Source of the DNA: Selaginella moellendorffii
Taxonomy: Eukaryota; Plantae; Lycopodiophyta
Assembly: GCF_000143415.4 (NCBI RefSeq)
Contig: NW_003314269.1
Coordinates: forward strand, 86,401-150,400
DNA length: 64,000 nucleotides
Direction: 5' to 3'
The translations under genes and the position numbers were made by a program. The notes beneath the pieces are model-generated. The model did no database searches. It saw only the letters and a program-made list of their open reading frames with translations, and was not told the origin of the DNA. The stretch's first letter is position 1. Each line of letters opens with the position of its first letter. This document shows, piece by piece, positions 1 through 13,580 of the stretch.

Positions 1-3000
1 TTTGGAGGTTGCAAACATAAATGTGACCTCTAGAATCTACCATCTTGTAAACAAATTCTCTCATTTTTCAAAGCTAAAGTGGTCTATTATGCCAAGTTTG
101 CCATTTGTTGACATATGTGCTAAAACATGCTCACTATCATGCCCCATGTGTTGTATTCTATTTGGTTTCATTATCTATTTATGGAAAGTGTCTAAATTTA
201 CAAATTAGGGACTCTTCTGTGTTCTATGTTTAGCTTGGGTCTAATCCCAAGCTCTATACCATACTAGTTGTTGGAGTTCCAATATCCTCACACTAGGCCA
301 CTGATATGCTGAAATAGTTAAATAGGGCCTTTTATTTACCAATAAAACACTAAAAAACTAAGTATAGTTTTGTTGGGCACAAAACCAGCAAAGAGTACCT
401 GTGAATATCAATTCTTAGATGCTTCGTAAGGCACTCTCTAGTTACTCCAAATGAGTAGTGCAAGAAGAAGTGTGTCAAGTTGCTTGTGAAATGGATCCCA
501 AAAGTCTACCTAAATATGTGACTTGAAACCATTTGTTTAGTGGTGTCCACATTCATTCCCACCTACAAGAAATGCCAAATTTATGCTTCTTTCTTAGCTT
601 TTTCTAGACCATTTCGTCCTCTTCTCTTTTCCAATTGTAAGACACGAGCTACTATTGTAGTAATCATTCTAGCCCACACCCATGATGACACCATCTTTGG
701 CCCTTCATTTTTATTGTTGAAAATCCAATTGCACTTGGCTTTTCAAATTTCCCACAATGTAATTCCTTGCAACAAGTCTATTGACTCTAAGGATACTTCT
801 TTTGGGTCTATTTGCATTGTGTTGAGTTGGTTGAACCATAATACCCCTTCTTGTGTTGAGGACCATTTCCAAGAGTCTATTCCGTTTTGCATTCCAACAG
901 CTGTTTCGCCCCACATTGCTGCTTCATACATAAAGCACATTTGTCTTTCAAAATGTTGTTGTAGTAGCCAACATATGCCATCGGTATGCTAAAATAGTGC
1001 CAAACTCTATTTTGCTCCATTTTACATGTTAGTTTTAACATTGGGATGCTAGATGCTCTAGGACTATTTCTATAATACTTCATACTTTTGTCCCTTCACT
1101 CCTTGAACTATATGCTCAAGAGTCACTCTATGCTCTAGTACCTTTGTTCCTTGGTTCCATGCTTAGGAGTTTAGCTCTATCCTTTCATTTAATGGCCTAA
1201 GGCCCTGAAACTTGAGCTTTGCTCCGTTACCCTTGCATATAGAGGGTTTAAGTTCTACTTCATGGTTATTATATGGTAAAACACTATAGGATAAAGGGTA
1301 AAAATCACATGCACTATAGAAATGCTCTGTACAAAAGTGAAAAGCTTGTAGTAAGGTTGGAATCTCATATTTTACAACATGTTGAATAAAAATCCCTTAA
1401 GACCTTTAGTAGTAGAGATGGTTGTTAAAGAATCAATAGTCTCAAGTGCAAACCTTCAAAGCTTTGCACACTGCCGGTGTCATATTTGCTAGAAACTTGC
1501 CAAAGTCAAGTTGCTTAACAACATCTTGGGGAGCTACTGGAACAATGATGGTGGTCACTATAATAACAAAGTACTGGCCAAGATTATAGAAATGTTTGTC
1601 ATAGCACAAAAGTTGGCTAAAAGTCTTGGATGAGCACAATCCAAGCTAAAGTACATGGATTGTGCATTGGCTACTACAAGAGAAAAGTTAGCTTATTAAA
1701 GCAAACATGAAAGCACAAAAAACAAATATGAAATACAGGCTCTTGCGAGAAAGTGTCAAAAGCACTCCAATGTATACACAATTACCATTGTCTCCTCCAA
1801 TTCCATCAACCTTTTTTGAGTCCTTGAATGTGTGAGAAGCAAAGCTGCATGTGTTGGCTGGTCCAGTCTAGAATGTTAGTAAATATAGACTCCAAAAGCA
1901 TTAGCTCCTACTATGACATAAATTTCAAAAGGCTAGCCTAGCTATAGTAGACAAAGAATTGATGTAAATTTGACTATGTCTTGCAACTATACAAAAACTC
2001 ATTATTGGTCATCTCCCCATGTGTACTGGATGTCTTGCTTGAGGAGTGTGATAAGAGGTCTCATAAAAGCAGCATACTCATGGATGAAATGCCAAAAGAA
2101 CCCTATTTGTTCAAAAAACCATCACAATACCTTGATGTTACTGGGAGATGATGTTGCTAAAATCTTATAAGTTTTTTCTACATGCAGAGTGATCCCTAGA
2201 GCACAGACATTGAAGCCAAAGAAACAACCTTGAGTGACTCCATACATTTGGCGGGATTCAAGGAGAAAAGTTGAAGTCAACAACTTATAAAGACTTGATC
2301 CAAGTGTGCAAGATGAGAGTTGAAACAGTTAAAGGCCATACACAAGTCATCTATATAAAACTGTAGTGCATCACTGAGAAGATCATGAAATGCAAGACAT
2401 TGTAGGCGAAAACACCCCATAACATGCAAAAGGCTATGAAATTACAATCCTTTGGGTGGATGAAGAGTTGATTGTAGCTAAAAAATTCATCCATAAGAGA
2501 GTAAAATTGGTGGCATGCCATGTTGTCTATGATGGCTCACAAATGGTGTAAAAAAGTAATCATTTGTAGTAACTATGTTCAAATTCCTAAAGTCTACACA
2601 AAGTCGAAGTTTGCCATTAACTTTTTGTGTAGGGACCATGTTAAAAACCCACTCAAAATGCTCTAAAGAGTAAATGAAATTTGTTGCTAGCCATATCTCA
2701 ATCTCCAACTTAATATCTAGAAGATGCAAATTGCTGAACCATCAGATCTTGGTGTTGTCTGTGAGAATGATCTAATGGGTGATAGTGTCCATAAGAACAC
2801 CTAGAACCTAATAGTCTTAGGCAAACACATCCATATATCTAGAGAAACTCCAAAATTCATGTTGTATATGTAGGAGGAAGAGCATGTGTGATCAAGATAG
2901 AATTATTGTCACCACTGAAGTGGACCTCACAAATTCTAGAATATAGAGTTAAGGGTGTTTTAGGATCAAGAAGAGTGTAGTTGTCCTCCACTAAAGAAAC

Positions 3001-5500
3001 AAGAGAAGAGGCATTCTCCTTCTCAATGCCTATTCTGTGATTGTTTTGTGAGAGAGGTTGTCAACCCAAAAATTCTTTACTTATGGGACACTCTAGATGT
3101 TGACATGTTGGAAACATTCCTTGAGGTCCATGGCACATTACTAAAGGTCCCTAAGATTGTCCTTACAGGCCTGGTATTTGCTGTTAAGTTGATGAATGAT
3201 GAGTTGTTTCATTAATTGCATAGCTAAGATCACTAGAAGGTACTCCGCCTTATTTGCTGAAGTAGCCGATTGGGTCATTGCAAGATGAGCCACTTTTTTC
3301 TCTATTGGGTTATGAATCTAAACAATCCCTACAAGCTGGCTCCTCAAACAAAATGCCTCATCAAAGAAAGCTATAAAAGTAGGAATAATTTTGTTCTCAA
3401 ATAAAGAGGTTGAACTGACCATGTAATCATTCACCACCCAATTCTTAAATAAAGAGGTTGGGTTATTTTCACTTGCAATCACTATTCCCGCTTTAAAGAT
3501 GGCAGACACTATGGTTTGAATATGCTTCAATGGTATGCCATGCTGAAGGTTCTAAGACTAAACCACAACTAAGGGAAGATCTTCTACATAAGGTCCACAC
3601 TTAAGAAGAAGTGACATCATTGAATAAACCTCCACTCGAAAAATTAATAACTCCTAAAGTTAGCTATCACTCTGATCAAGTCAATCTCTTTTAAGTTGGC
3701 TTTTTCTTTCTAGATGCATTTTCCACACTTACTGATTGTTGCCTTCTTTGAGTTGATCAAAGACTCATTACAGCCTAAGTTCAACATATTCCAGTGCAAC
3801 ACTATCCTTGTAGAGGCTTTCCCACTCATTATAACAAGCCTCAACTAGCTTTGACATAGTTTTGGAGGCTATCCTTGATGCTTTTTCAATAGAGAGTGTC
3901 TGTGAACATTGTAGAGACAAGTCTAGTGACCATTACAAATCTCTATCATGCCAAGTGGCTAATTTGTGATGCCTCGAACCTAATCGTGCCAAACTCATCC
4001 AAGGATCAAAGAATCTTTCAAAGGTGTGGAGTTGAACTTCTAGTAGTCCACAACCACAAAGTCCAAAAGAGATTCCACCCCATTAACGTAGACCCAAACA
4101 CTATAGCAAATTCCCTTAGGGATTGACAGTGTGGTTCAAGAATGTCTTCAAGATCAAAGTTATGCTTCTAGAGACTTAAAAACCTACTCTTATGGTTGCA
4201 TCCAAAGAGATCACATTGCTCCTAGAGCTAGAATCAACAAGAGTGTTAATGATGGGAGAATTATTGGCAAAGTCTATGGGTGCAAAAAATGCATCTGGAT
4301 TAAAAGAGGAGGTAGTGTCAATGATATAAACATCCTTTGAGTGAGGTCATGGCTCTTTTAGACCTCATGAAGTCCTTTAAATGCTGTCCAAAGCTAAGAA
4401 TTTTGCATAAAAGCTCATACATCTTCATCAACTATTGAAATGCACTCTTAGGGATTTAAGAACTACTAGAGAAAGGTGGAGGACATTTAGAAAGCAAATG
4501 TGTGAATGGGAGCTTACATGCCACCTTTGGTGCTAGATTGGTAATTATTAAAGGAGCTAAATCGCCATCAATTGCATCTTAAGCAATTACTTTCTTCTTT
4601 TGTGCTTCTGTGGCTATTGTCTTTGAAAACTCCTCCTTAGCAATCTTGATTGTATTGATCTGTTCCATTGGACCCTTCCCTTTGCTAGAAGATGACAAAG
4701 GTGCATCCTCGATCACACGTTGCTCAAGCTGTTGTTAATAGCGATCCTTCCCTTGTGTTGCAGCATTATTATTAGCAAAAAATTGCTCCTAGATACATTA
4801 AGAACATGATGGCCACAGCTCTAAATAAAACTTCTAGCACTTCTCTATGCTGTAAGTTGTGATGTTGTAATGGGAGTAATACCAAGAACATGGAATATGT
4901 TGTGGCTTCTTGGCTTGTTATAAGTGGCAAGGATAAAGCACTTTGAGCATCTTCTCCTACATCTACTTCTCCTATTGGATGATCTCTTTGAACCCTACAG
5001 AGCTCTATTAAAGCCTTCTCAATCACCACTAAAACTTTATCATCATCGATAGTGGGTGCAAGAGTTGGATAAGAGATGGCTACATGAAGATTCTATTGAG
5101 GGAGGGAGGAAAACCTCTTCAACCCTGGAAATACTAAACTTTTTAGAGAAGATCACATTCTAAATTCTCTGCTGCAAAAGCCTCACAATATATTTAGAAT
5201 TGCCTATTGAGCAAATTGCGTTGAAGGTTCCTCTTGAGCCCAAAGATGAATGTTATGATTCCATGGGCTTTATTGGTGATCACTTACCACTCCACACACT
5301 CCTAGTAGGCACGAAAATGCATCACATACTCTAGCACTAACTTGTAAGCTCATTGCCAAAACACGAATAATTCCATGAGAAAATGATTTGTTGGCACCTT
5401 GAACATGGCATAGTTTGCCATATTTGCCTTTAAAAGAGTCTCTGCCCATGCTATTGCTCAACCAGTAAGTGATCAAGAGAAGTCTCGATGCTTGTGATCA
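1..5500 (-). mobile_element. Decayed Ty3/gypsy retrotransposon internal region (gag-pol remnants)
   Basis: Minus-strand ORF fragments with RT motif GKLRLCVDFRNLNIVTTNDYF (2487-2729), RNase H-like piece (1442-1639), integrase C-terminal-like pieces (~540-1000) and gag-like piece (5270-5476); many stops; RT-RH-IN order is gypsy type. Confidence 0.7.
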
Positions 5501-6959
5501 TCATTGCTAATGTTATTTGACACATAATAACTCACGCTATACAATATGGATTGCAATGGATGCCCGAATTCACTATCTACCGAAGACTCTAAATCCTCCT
5601 CGGATGAGAAAGCCATTTGATAATCTAGCTCGTGGTGAATACATGAATAATGACCCTTAACCCAAGGGATAATGTTAATAGTAAACAGGCATTGAATATG
5701 CATGAATCCTATGTGGACAAACAAAACCCCTACAATCACTATAAATGCCAGACTACAATAAATGCTTCTAAAGAGTGAAAACTTCCTAGCTCCTAAAATC
5801 CTATTTTTGATCATAAAATCCTCTAAGTCCAATACAGATGTCTTACAACAAAAATAAATGGCTATGGAATCTAAAAAAACCTAGAAATTGTCACTAACTA
5901 ACATCCATAACCTCGTAAAGGCAAAAATGTGAATATCTCGAGTTCTAGAGCACCAAAAATTGTGAGTAGGAGTGCATTAGAAATCCTTTGATGTTAGTTG
6001 CATAGCCACATAAAGAAATATTACCCAAATTATTTAGAATTATGTAAAAACAGTTGAAACCACTCATTATATTCAAAATAAATGAGCACAAGTGGAAAAT
6101 TGCTTCAAACTCTTCAAATTATTATCAAATCTCACATCCAAGCATGTAATAGAAAGCTTTAGAGGAGATATATTTAACACACTCAAAAAAAAAATGAAAA
6201 TGGTGATAAAACTAAAAATAATAAACTTCTCAAAGTTGTAGTTGTGTAGTGTGTAATAAAATAGTGACAAAACTCATGATTCTCAGGAATTTTCTTTCAA
6301 GAAAGGATGCCTATGAATGCTAGGGATGAAAAGAAGAAACCTATAAAAATAAATAAAAGAATGCTTAAGAAATCTCACTCTTAGAACTCTAAAACTTAGC
6401 TGTGAAGAGAGAAGAAATAAAAAAGCAAGACCATAAGGAATTCTGAAAATAAATGCTAGAATCTTGAGCTTAAATCTCCAAAAGTAAGCTATAAAGACAT
6501 TGGAAAATATGAGAGAAAATTAGTTGCATGTAGCTTGATTGTTCACCAAATTGCATATCTTTTAGCTCCTTGGAAAGAGGAGAAGAGATGTTAAGAGATA
6601 TCCCTCATATCCCAACAAGTGGTGAACTTAGCATAATAGACTACTTTAGCTTTCTTTGTAAAATGAGAGAATCTGTTTGCAAGATAAAGAGGTTTAAGAA
6701 TTTTAGAGGCTACATTTATATTTGGTTGATCTCTGAGACCAATAAAAGCTCCCCTTTTTCACAAATTTAGAGTGCATGCTTATAGATTTAGAGTTTTTGC
6801 TATAGTTATTTTCACTTTCCTTCATTTTGTTTGGTTTTGAAAAGATTTCATAAAAGAATTCATTTTGGTTGTTCCTTGTTTGGGTTGATGAGGCTGCCTC
6901 AAGTTTCTTAATGGCTCCATCACAAATTTATGTTATTTCACATGCTCTAAACTCCCTCT

Positions 6960-8150
6960 TTCTTGCAACCCAACACTTTCTTGGGTATATAGTTGGTGGA
7001 GGTGTGGTCAAGGTGGATTTGAAGAAAGTAGAAGCAGTGAAGTCTTGGAAAGTCCTAACTATTGTAATGCATTTTAGCTATGCTATTAGTGCCATGTTGT
7101 AATAAGATTGTCATAATATAGTTGATATTATGTTAATGCGACATAGTTATCCCATTAAATTTTACTCCAAGAAATTGGAGATCCAATAGAAATGGCCTAT
7201 GTATGAGAAAGAGGTGTTTGTTATAGTGTCAACATTGGAATATTAGAGGCATATTTGGGTGAATATATCAAGGTTTATATTGATAGTAACACACTAAACT
7301 ACTTTATAACACAGTCAAAGTTTATGTCAAAGAAGGCTTGTTAGTAACAAAAGCTTGCTAGATTCAATATTGAAATTATCTATAAACTTGGTAAAAATAA
7401 TATTGCTCCCAATGCACTAAGTTATTAAGCTCAATTCTAGGTAATGTTGGCAATCAATTTGGATTGGCTAGAAGATATATGAGCTTTATATAGAAGTGAT
7501 ATGTTATCAAAGGCAATATTGCACCATATAGAGTGGTTGAAATAGAACCCTGATAGCAAAGTACCAATATGAAGTTTCACTTCTCTATTAAAGACAAGTT
7601 TATTTACTATAAGCAAGAAATATTATATCTTCCATCAAAGGATTTATGACAATTGTTTATGTGGGAACATCATGATGTTCTAACAACAAGACATAGGGGT
7701 AAATAAAAGACTTTTTCCTCATTAAACTAGGGATTTTTCTAGTTGAGTATAGAAGGTGATATAGTGGATTATATTCATTCTTGCCCTACCTGCTAGTAGT
7801 ATAAGAGAAAGACTAACAAGCAAGTTGGGAAGTGTTAGTCCTAGCTGAGACTTATGCAGAGCAGTTGCACCAAGGTTGGTCTAGGGCTATTGAGGTGATG
7901 GGCAAAGCTCAAGATAGGTATCAACATGATAAAAATCATCATCACTAAGATATAACATATTATATGGGAGACTATATATAGTTATTCTCATAGGACTTTG
8001 AGTATTAATAAGTCTTTATCTCAAAAGCTATTACCTTGATATATTGATCCCTATGAAGTGATAAAGGGCATTAGTGATATATCTTATCAATTGAATCTTC
8101 TTGAAGAGATGTCATTTATGACAATTTCTTCACATTGTATACCATTAATA
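6960..8150 (+). mobile_element. Decayed Ty3/gypsy pol fragment (RT end, RNase H, integrase)
   Basis: FLGYIVGGGVVKVDLKKVEAVKSW (RT C-terminus), PMYEKEVF-like RNase H motif near 7195, YKLGKNN linker near 7380, PYEVIKGISDISYQLNL (GPY/F region) near 8050; frameshifted. Confidence 0.7.
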
Positions 8151-10479
8151 TTACATGCTAAGTGGAGATTCAGTAGAAGGTGTGTTGAGGCTGCTACCAT
8201 GGGAGAGAGAGAGAGGAAAAATATTCCACTCTTAAGAATATTCCCTTTCCTTGTAGAAATGAGTGAGCAGAGGCTAGGGGAAAAAGATTGGAAGTCATGG
8301 AATTTTGGAGTTTGTCTGGAGCATGACTTGGGGATTGCCCTCACCCTCAACATCTGGTGAACCCAGCAGGACAACCACATTCCTAATAGGGGCATCACAT
8401 TTCTTCTCACATTTTGGAGTTTCTTGGATCTAAAGAGCTTCTTTTAGCAAATTCTTGCTTATTTCTTCACCATTTTGTTTGTTGTTTAGTGTGTTCATTA
8501 GCTAAGAGTTTTTTCTTTCCACTGGTGTATGCTAAGCTTATAAATCAAGAGAGATAGCCAGCATGAAAAGCATTTTTACTTTGGCACAAATGCAATAATG
8601 TTTTTAGAGCTTTTTTGCCTCGATCTTTTTTACATTTTAAGGATATGGGCTTGTAGATTTGCTTATGTGCTTTCATTTCTATCACCTCTCAACTCATTTG
8701 GTGGAGAATTGCAGCAGCAATGAGGAAGAATTGATCATCCTATTCCAAAAGAGGCAAATTAGGTTAGAATTCCCTTTCATTCTCAAACTTTCTTACTAGA
8801 TCTCTCTAAATGAGTAGGATGTTAGGATGTTAGTAGAGCTCTCTAGTAGCAATATTGATGCAAAGTCTAGTCCAATTTCATTCCCTCTTTTTTTCACGCT
8901 CTATACTATTCAGTGGCCTTTTGGATTTTTAAGCAGAAAATGTATTTTTACCTAGAAAAAGTATTAGTCACTCTATAGTATGTCAAAGTTTTCTCCTCTT
9001 GTGTGCCCCTTATGGGTGATAACACCATTTACTTGTGATGTTGACATTCCTTGTATGATACCAAGGATCCAAGTAGACAATTCCCTCATTTTGAACTTGG
9101 GTGAGCTCAATTGCATGAGGGCTTGGTGGGGAGGTGGGTTTTGAGGTGGTTAATGCAAAACATATATGTGTCTACATGCCCTTTGAGTGCATACTAACTA
9201 AGTATGTGGTGGAGGACACATGCTTTGTGTTATTCAATGACCTTTTGGAATCTTGGGCAAGAAATGCATTTCCACCTGGCAAAAGGATCACTTGCTGAAT
9301 AACATGGCAAAGTTTTCTCCTTGTGTGTGACTGATGGGTGATAACTCCACTTACCTTGATGCTAAACAAAGTGACATTCTTGGTGTAACCCTAGATTTGA
9401 ACAAACAATTCCTTTATCTTGCACTTGGGTGAGCTCAATTGTATGGGGGCTTGGGTTTAGGTGCTTGCATGCCTTTTAGGTGTGCACTATCCCTTATCTT
9501 GTTTTCCATTGGGGGTGCACTATACCTCCTTAGTGGTAGTAGCAAGTATGGGTGATGGCTCCAATGTCCCTCTTTAGTGGCAGTCTTCTTTCTTGGGTGA
9601 TGGCATCTCAAGAACTATTATTCCTGGATTATTTAAAGTGTGTTAAGACCATTGATATTAAATACATCATAAATCCGTGTTATATGTGATTGGTATGTGG
9701 TATTCACTCTCAATAAAGGTGACCTTCTGCTATTTTGCACACATGGTTTGGTTTATCTCAATATTACATTAAAAGAATTAAATGTCTTGTAGGTTTAGCA
9801 ATAGTGGTGTGGTTCCTATTGGATATGCTCTGGGTGTGATACCACAGCCAACTTTGCTTGCCCACAATATTGCATTGTTCTCAATGTTTGGACTTGTTCT
9901 TGCCTTCATTTCATTGTAGCTCAGTTATTACCTTTGAGCTAATGCTTAAGTAAGGGCTTATGAATTGGGTAGTCAAGGTTGAGTTTGAGTCTGGTTAAAG
10001 TAGGCAAAGGTTGCATATGTGTGTTCTCCCCATGCATAGGCTTCACTCAAGGTTGAGAGCTTTTGCCAAAATATTTACCAAACGAGTCAAAGTCTAAGAC
10101 CTCAAGAGCTCCACTTGTTGAGTGGAAGGTAACTATGAAGTTGGTGATGCTTGAAGTTGCCTCAATTGAGTGTTTGATATCTATAAAGCATTCCTCAACT
10201 ATGAAGTGGTTGGAAACTTTGATACTAGTGTTGTTGCAATGGAAAGTCCCCATCTCAAGCAATGAGAGGTCCTCAATCAACTCTAGAAAACCACTGGTAG
10301 CTTAAGATGTTATAACTTGTGAAGAGCTTTATGCATTCAAAAAGTAGCCATAAGCATTGTAAAGTATAGCCTTTGAGTGTCTACTAGAAATATCCATCTA
10401 CCTAGGAACTAACTCCCCAAGGTGTCATAAGCTAAAGGATCACTGAAATCACAACTGAAATGATAAACAGTTCACCAGA

Positions 10480-10620
10480 TGAGATTGAGTCCAAGATCAA
10501 GTCTGAGATTAACTCCGAGACTGAGTTCAAGACTGAGTTTGGGACCTAAGATCAGGTCTAAGATCGAGTCCAAGACCGAGTCGAAGGTCGAGTCCAAGAT
10601 CGAGTCCAAGACCGAGTCCG
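10480..10620 (+). repeat. Degenerate hexamer array (GAGTCC/GAGATC/AAGACC) of an LTR-retroelement 3' region
   Basis: Tandem gagtccaagatc-like units; same type of array at 22812-23075, 30376-30930, 32079-32290 (minus) and ~42390-42560. Confidence 0.75.
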
Positions 10621-10672
10621 CATACTAATATAAATTATCGCTAATAAAGCATTTTGCACCGAACGTGTCCCA

Positions 10673-10772
10673 NNNNNNNNNNNNNNNNNNNNNNNNNNNN
10701 NNNNNNNNNNNNNNNNNNNNNNNNNNNNNNNNNNNNNNNNNNNNNNNNNNNNNNNNNNNNNNNNNNNNNNNN
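10673..10772. other. Assembly gap (100 N)
   Basis: Run of 100 n characters. Confidence 1.
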
Positions 10773-12980
10773 GTGTGCTTGGCTTCTTATGCCTGTAGGG
10801 AGGGGGATTGAGAGAGAATTTGGGAATCCATGGATAGATGACTAACACCCTATTGCTCATGCAATGAGTAGTTGAATCCAAGTAAAACCAAGTAAAAGTT
10901 GGTACAATAAGTAGGAACCTTGGTAAGGAAATTTAACTAAGGCTAAGGTAGTGGTGACAAAGTAAGCTAGTAAATTGAAAAAAATAAATATTATGGCTTA
11001 CACTTCCCAAATTTCCAAGTGGTGATGTTTTTAACCTACTCATGGCATGTGCATCCAAGGATTATAGAATCCTTAAAAGATGCAGAAACAAGCTATTGAT
11101 AATCTACCACCATGAAATCTGCCTCTAAAGGGATGCCAAGTACTCAAAATTAAACACCATAGCAAAATGCCTATAAGAACCACACTATAGTTGGTAAATG
11201 TTTTCAAGATCAAAGCCATGAACTCTAAGATGTGAAGATGAGATATTTGAGCAGCCTCTATAGAGATGATGTTACTACATGAACCAGAGTCGACAAGAGT
11301 GTGAAGGATAGGTAATCTATGGCTAAAGTCCACTAGTGCAAAGAATATGCTAAGGTCCAAAGAAACTACTATATCAATTAAATGAACACTATATGGGAGA
11401 AGAGGAGAGGCCTCTATTGAGTGGGTAAATTTCTCCAATGTTTAACCAAACCCTTGAAGAGTCCATAAAACCTTGTAGACTATGAAGATGACAGATGCTC
11501 TATGAGGTGTTGTAAAACACCTTCTAGAACATGATCGGGTGGTAGAGAGAGATCCTGATAATGAAATTGGAGAATATCCAGCTGAAGTTCTAGATGCAAG
11601 CATCTGGAAAGGCAAATTGAAGAGCAACTTGCATGCCATGAGAGTTGCTAGAGAATTTTTTGTTGGGGCTAGAATAGGATTGCCATTGATGCCCTATGAC
11701 ATAGCTTCCTTCTTCTTTTGTGCTCTAGTGGTAGAAGTGTGTGTAAATTCCTCCTCAACAATGCAAATGACACTAACTTACAAGACCAGCTCCTTGCCTT
11801 TGGTTATGCATTGATGGTTGCACTTGGATATGCTGACATTGTGGGCTTGGTCGCAACTCTAGATGCAAATGATAGCTCATAAGTATTTGCCTCATAGAGT
11901 GAGCACCAAAGTTAATATCACCTTTTTCTGGGTGTTAGAGCTTGTAGATGAGATGCCTTTAGCTCCTTAATGAGCTTCTCTTGTTGCACTTGTTGCTGTT
12001 GGATGAGCTCCTTGTATTGCCACAACTCTGCTAGAACATTTACTATATATGAGGAGATACCAACTAGCTCCTTTTTAGTTTTTACCATATTCTATACCTG
12101 TCTAGATTTCATACATAGGAAAAATAAGGGAAGGTATATTTATCTTGCAAGCACATCTATTACATTTTTATGCAAGAACTAAACCAAGATCCTAAGATCA
12201 ACCATCACATTCACCAAACAAAGATCCTAAGATTAACCATCACATTCACTAGACAAAGCTTACAGTTGTGGAGCTTCATAAGTGTTTTTAGATTTCTTTT
12301 GGTGTTGGGCTCTATATTTATATTTGTATTTTATTGGTCAAATTTACTTGGAAATATAGATTAAATCAAATTTTGAAAAATGAAAAAATGTTGGTTCAAG
12401 ATGAATCAATGTTTTTCTAGTGTTTGAAAAGTCATGAGCTCAGCTCATGAACTCATAAGCTCAGCTCATGAACTCATAAGCTCAAAACCTATCCTAGCTC
12501 CATAGCTACAAGAGTTATATTTCAAGTGCTAAGCCCAACAAAAGCCTTTAATAGTTACTTAATGGCTTGGTATAGGTACCTTAACTCTCCACCTCCATTC
12601 CAAAAAGGGAAGGCTTAAGCCCGTTTATACCCAAATAGGGCACTATTCCACTTGAGTTAGGAGCATTATAGTTAATTTCTTTTTCTAAAGTAGGAGTTGC
12701 TCTTGCGTATGTCCTTTATGAGCCTCTTTGGCACCCCTCAAGCCTATGCTTACTCCCACTTAAAACTACCAACCCTTAATCTCAACCCCAACACGGTTCA
12801 AAAGCACCATTGAAGAGTTGCTTCAAGATTAAGTCCTTAAGCTCACTTTCTTTATTATATTTGTGGAATTAATACTTAGTCTTAGTCTCAGTTGTATTTT
12901 TGGACTTGGTTTCAGACTCCGTCTTAAACTCAATTTCAGACTTGGTTTCGGACTTGGTCTTGGACTCTTTCTTGTCCAAC
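10773..12980 (-). mobile_element. LTR-retroelement remnants (gag/aspartic protease) and related non-coding repeats
   Basis: Aspartic-protease motif LVDSGSCSNIIS in 11073-11438; 10773-10980 resembles 23480-23740; 12540-12860 resembles 32480-32740. Confidence 0.6.
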
Positions 12981-13081
12981 CCAAGCTCTTTGTCATTCTT
13001 TTAGGTTCCTTTAACTTATAATATCTTGGAGAGTTTGTTTCTTATATGATTCTAAAAATAAACTTGAAAACTTATTAAATA

Positions 13082-13105
13082 AAGCTCTATTTCGTTAAAG
13101 TGGGA
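13082..13105 (+). repeat. Left terminal inverted repeat (24 bp)
   Basis: aagctctatttcgttaaagtggga; exact reverse complement at 22094-22117. Confidence 0.92.
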
Positions 13106-13580
13106 ATTGTCATTATCCCACTTGTAAAATAAGGTTTCCAAACCTTTATATAGTATATAAATATAACAAAATTCAACTATATTGAGGCACATGCCATTTT
13201 ATTTTAAACAAGGAAATGTCTACTCAATCACTTCTCCTCCCCCTGCCACTACTTCACCTCTCTCTTCTCCTTGTCATCGTCGTCCAATTTCTTTCCATCC
13301 TTTTAATATTGGCTCAGTTGCTCCGAGTCTAGGTGGAGCCCAAGTCCCCATTCAATCTTTACTTTCCCCTTATTAATAAAACAACTTCGTAGACTTCCAA
13401 TAACATGCTGTAACACACTGTAACACTTCTAGTATAATGCAAATCCTCTCAAAGAATTGTCTTTTAATATTAATACAATGGCATGGAACCCCATGCCATA
13501 ATAAATTACATTTTTACATGGACATAATAAGTTACATGGACAATGTTAGAAATGGTAAAAGGTTAGGAATGGATGTACTA

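Noticed and set aside
12186-12483. Short tandem duplications (~34 bp x2 at 12186-12248; 21 bp x2 at 12437-12483)
   Set aside because: Ordinary slippage repeats within retroelement-derived DNA.
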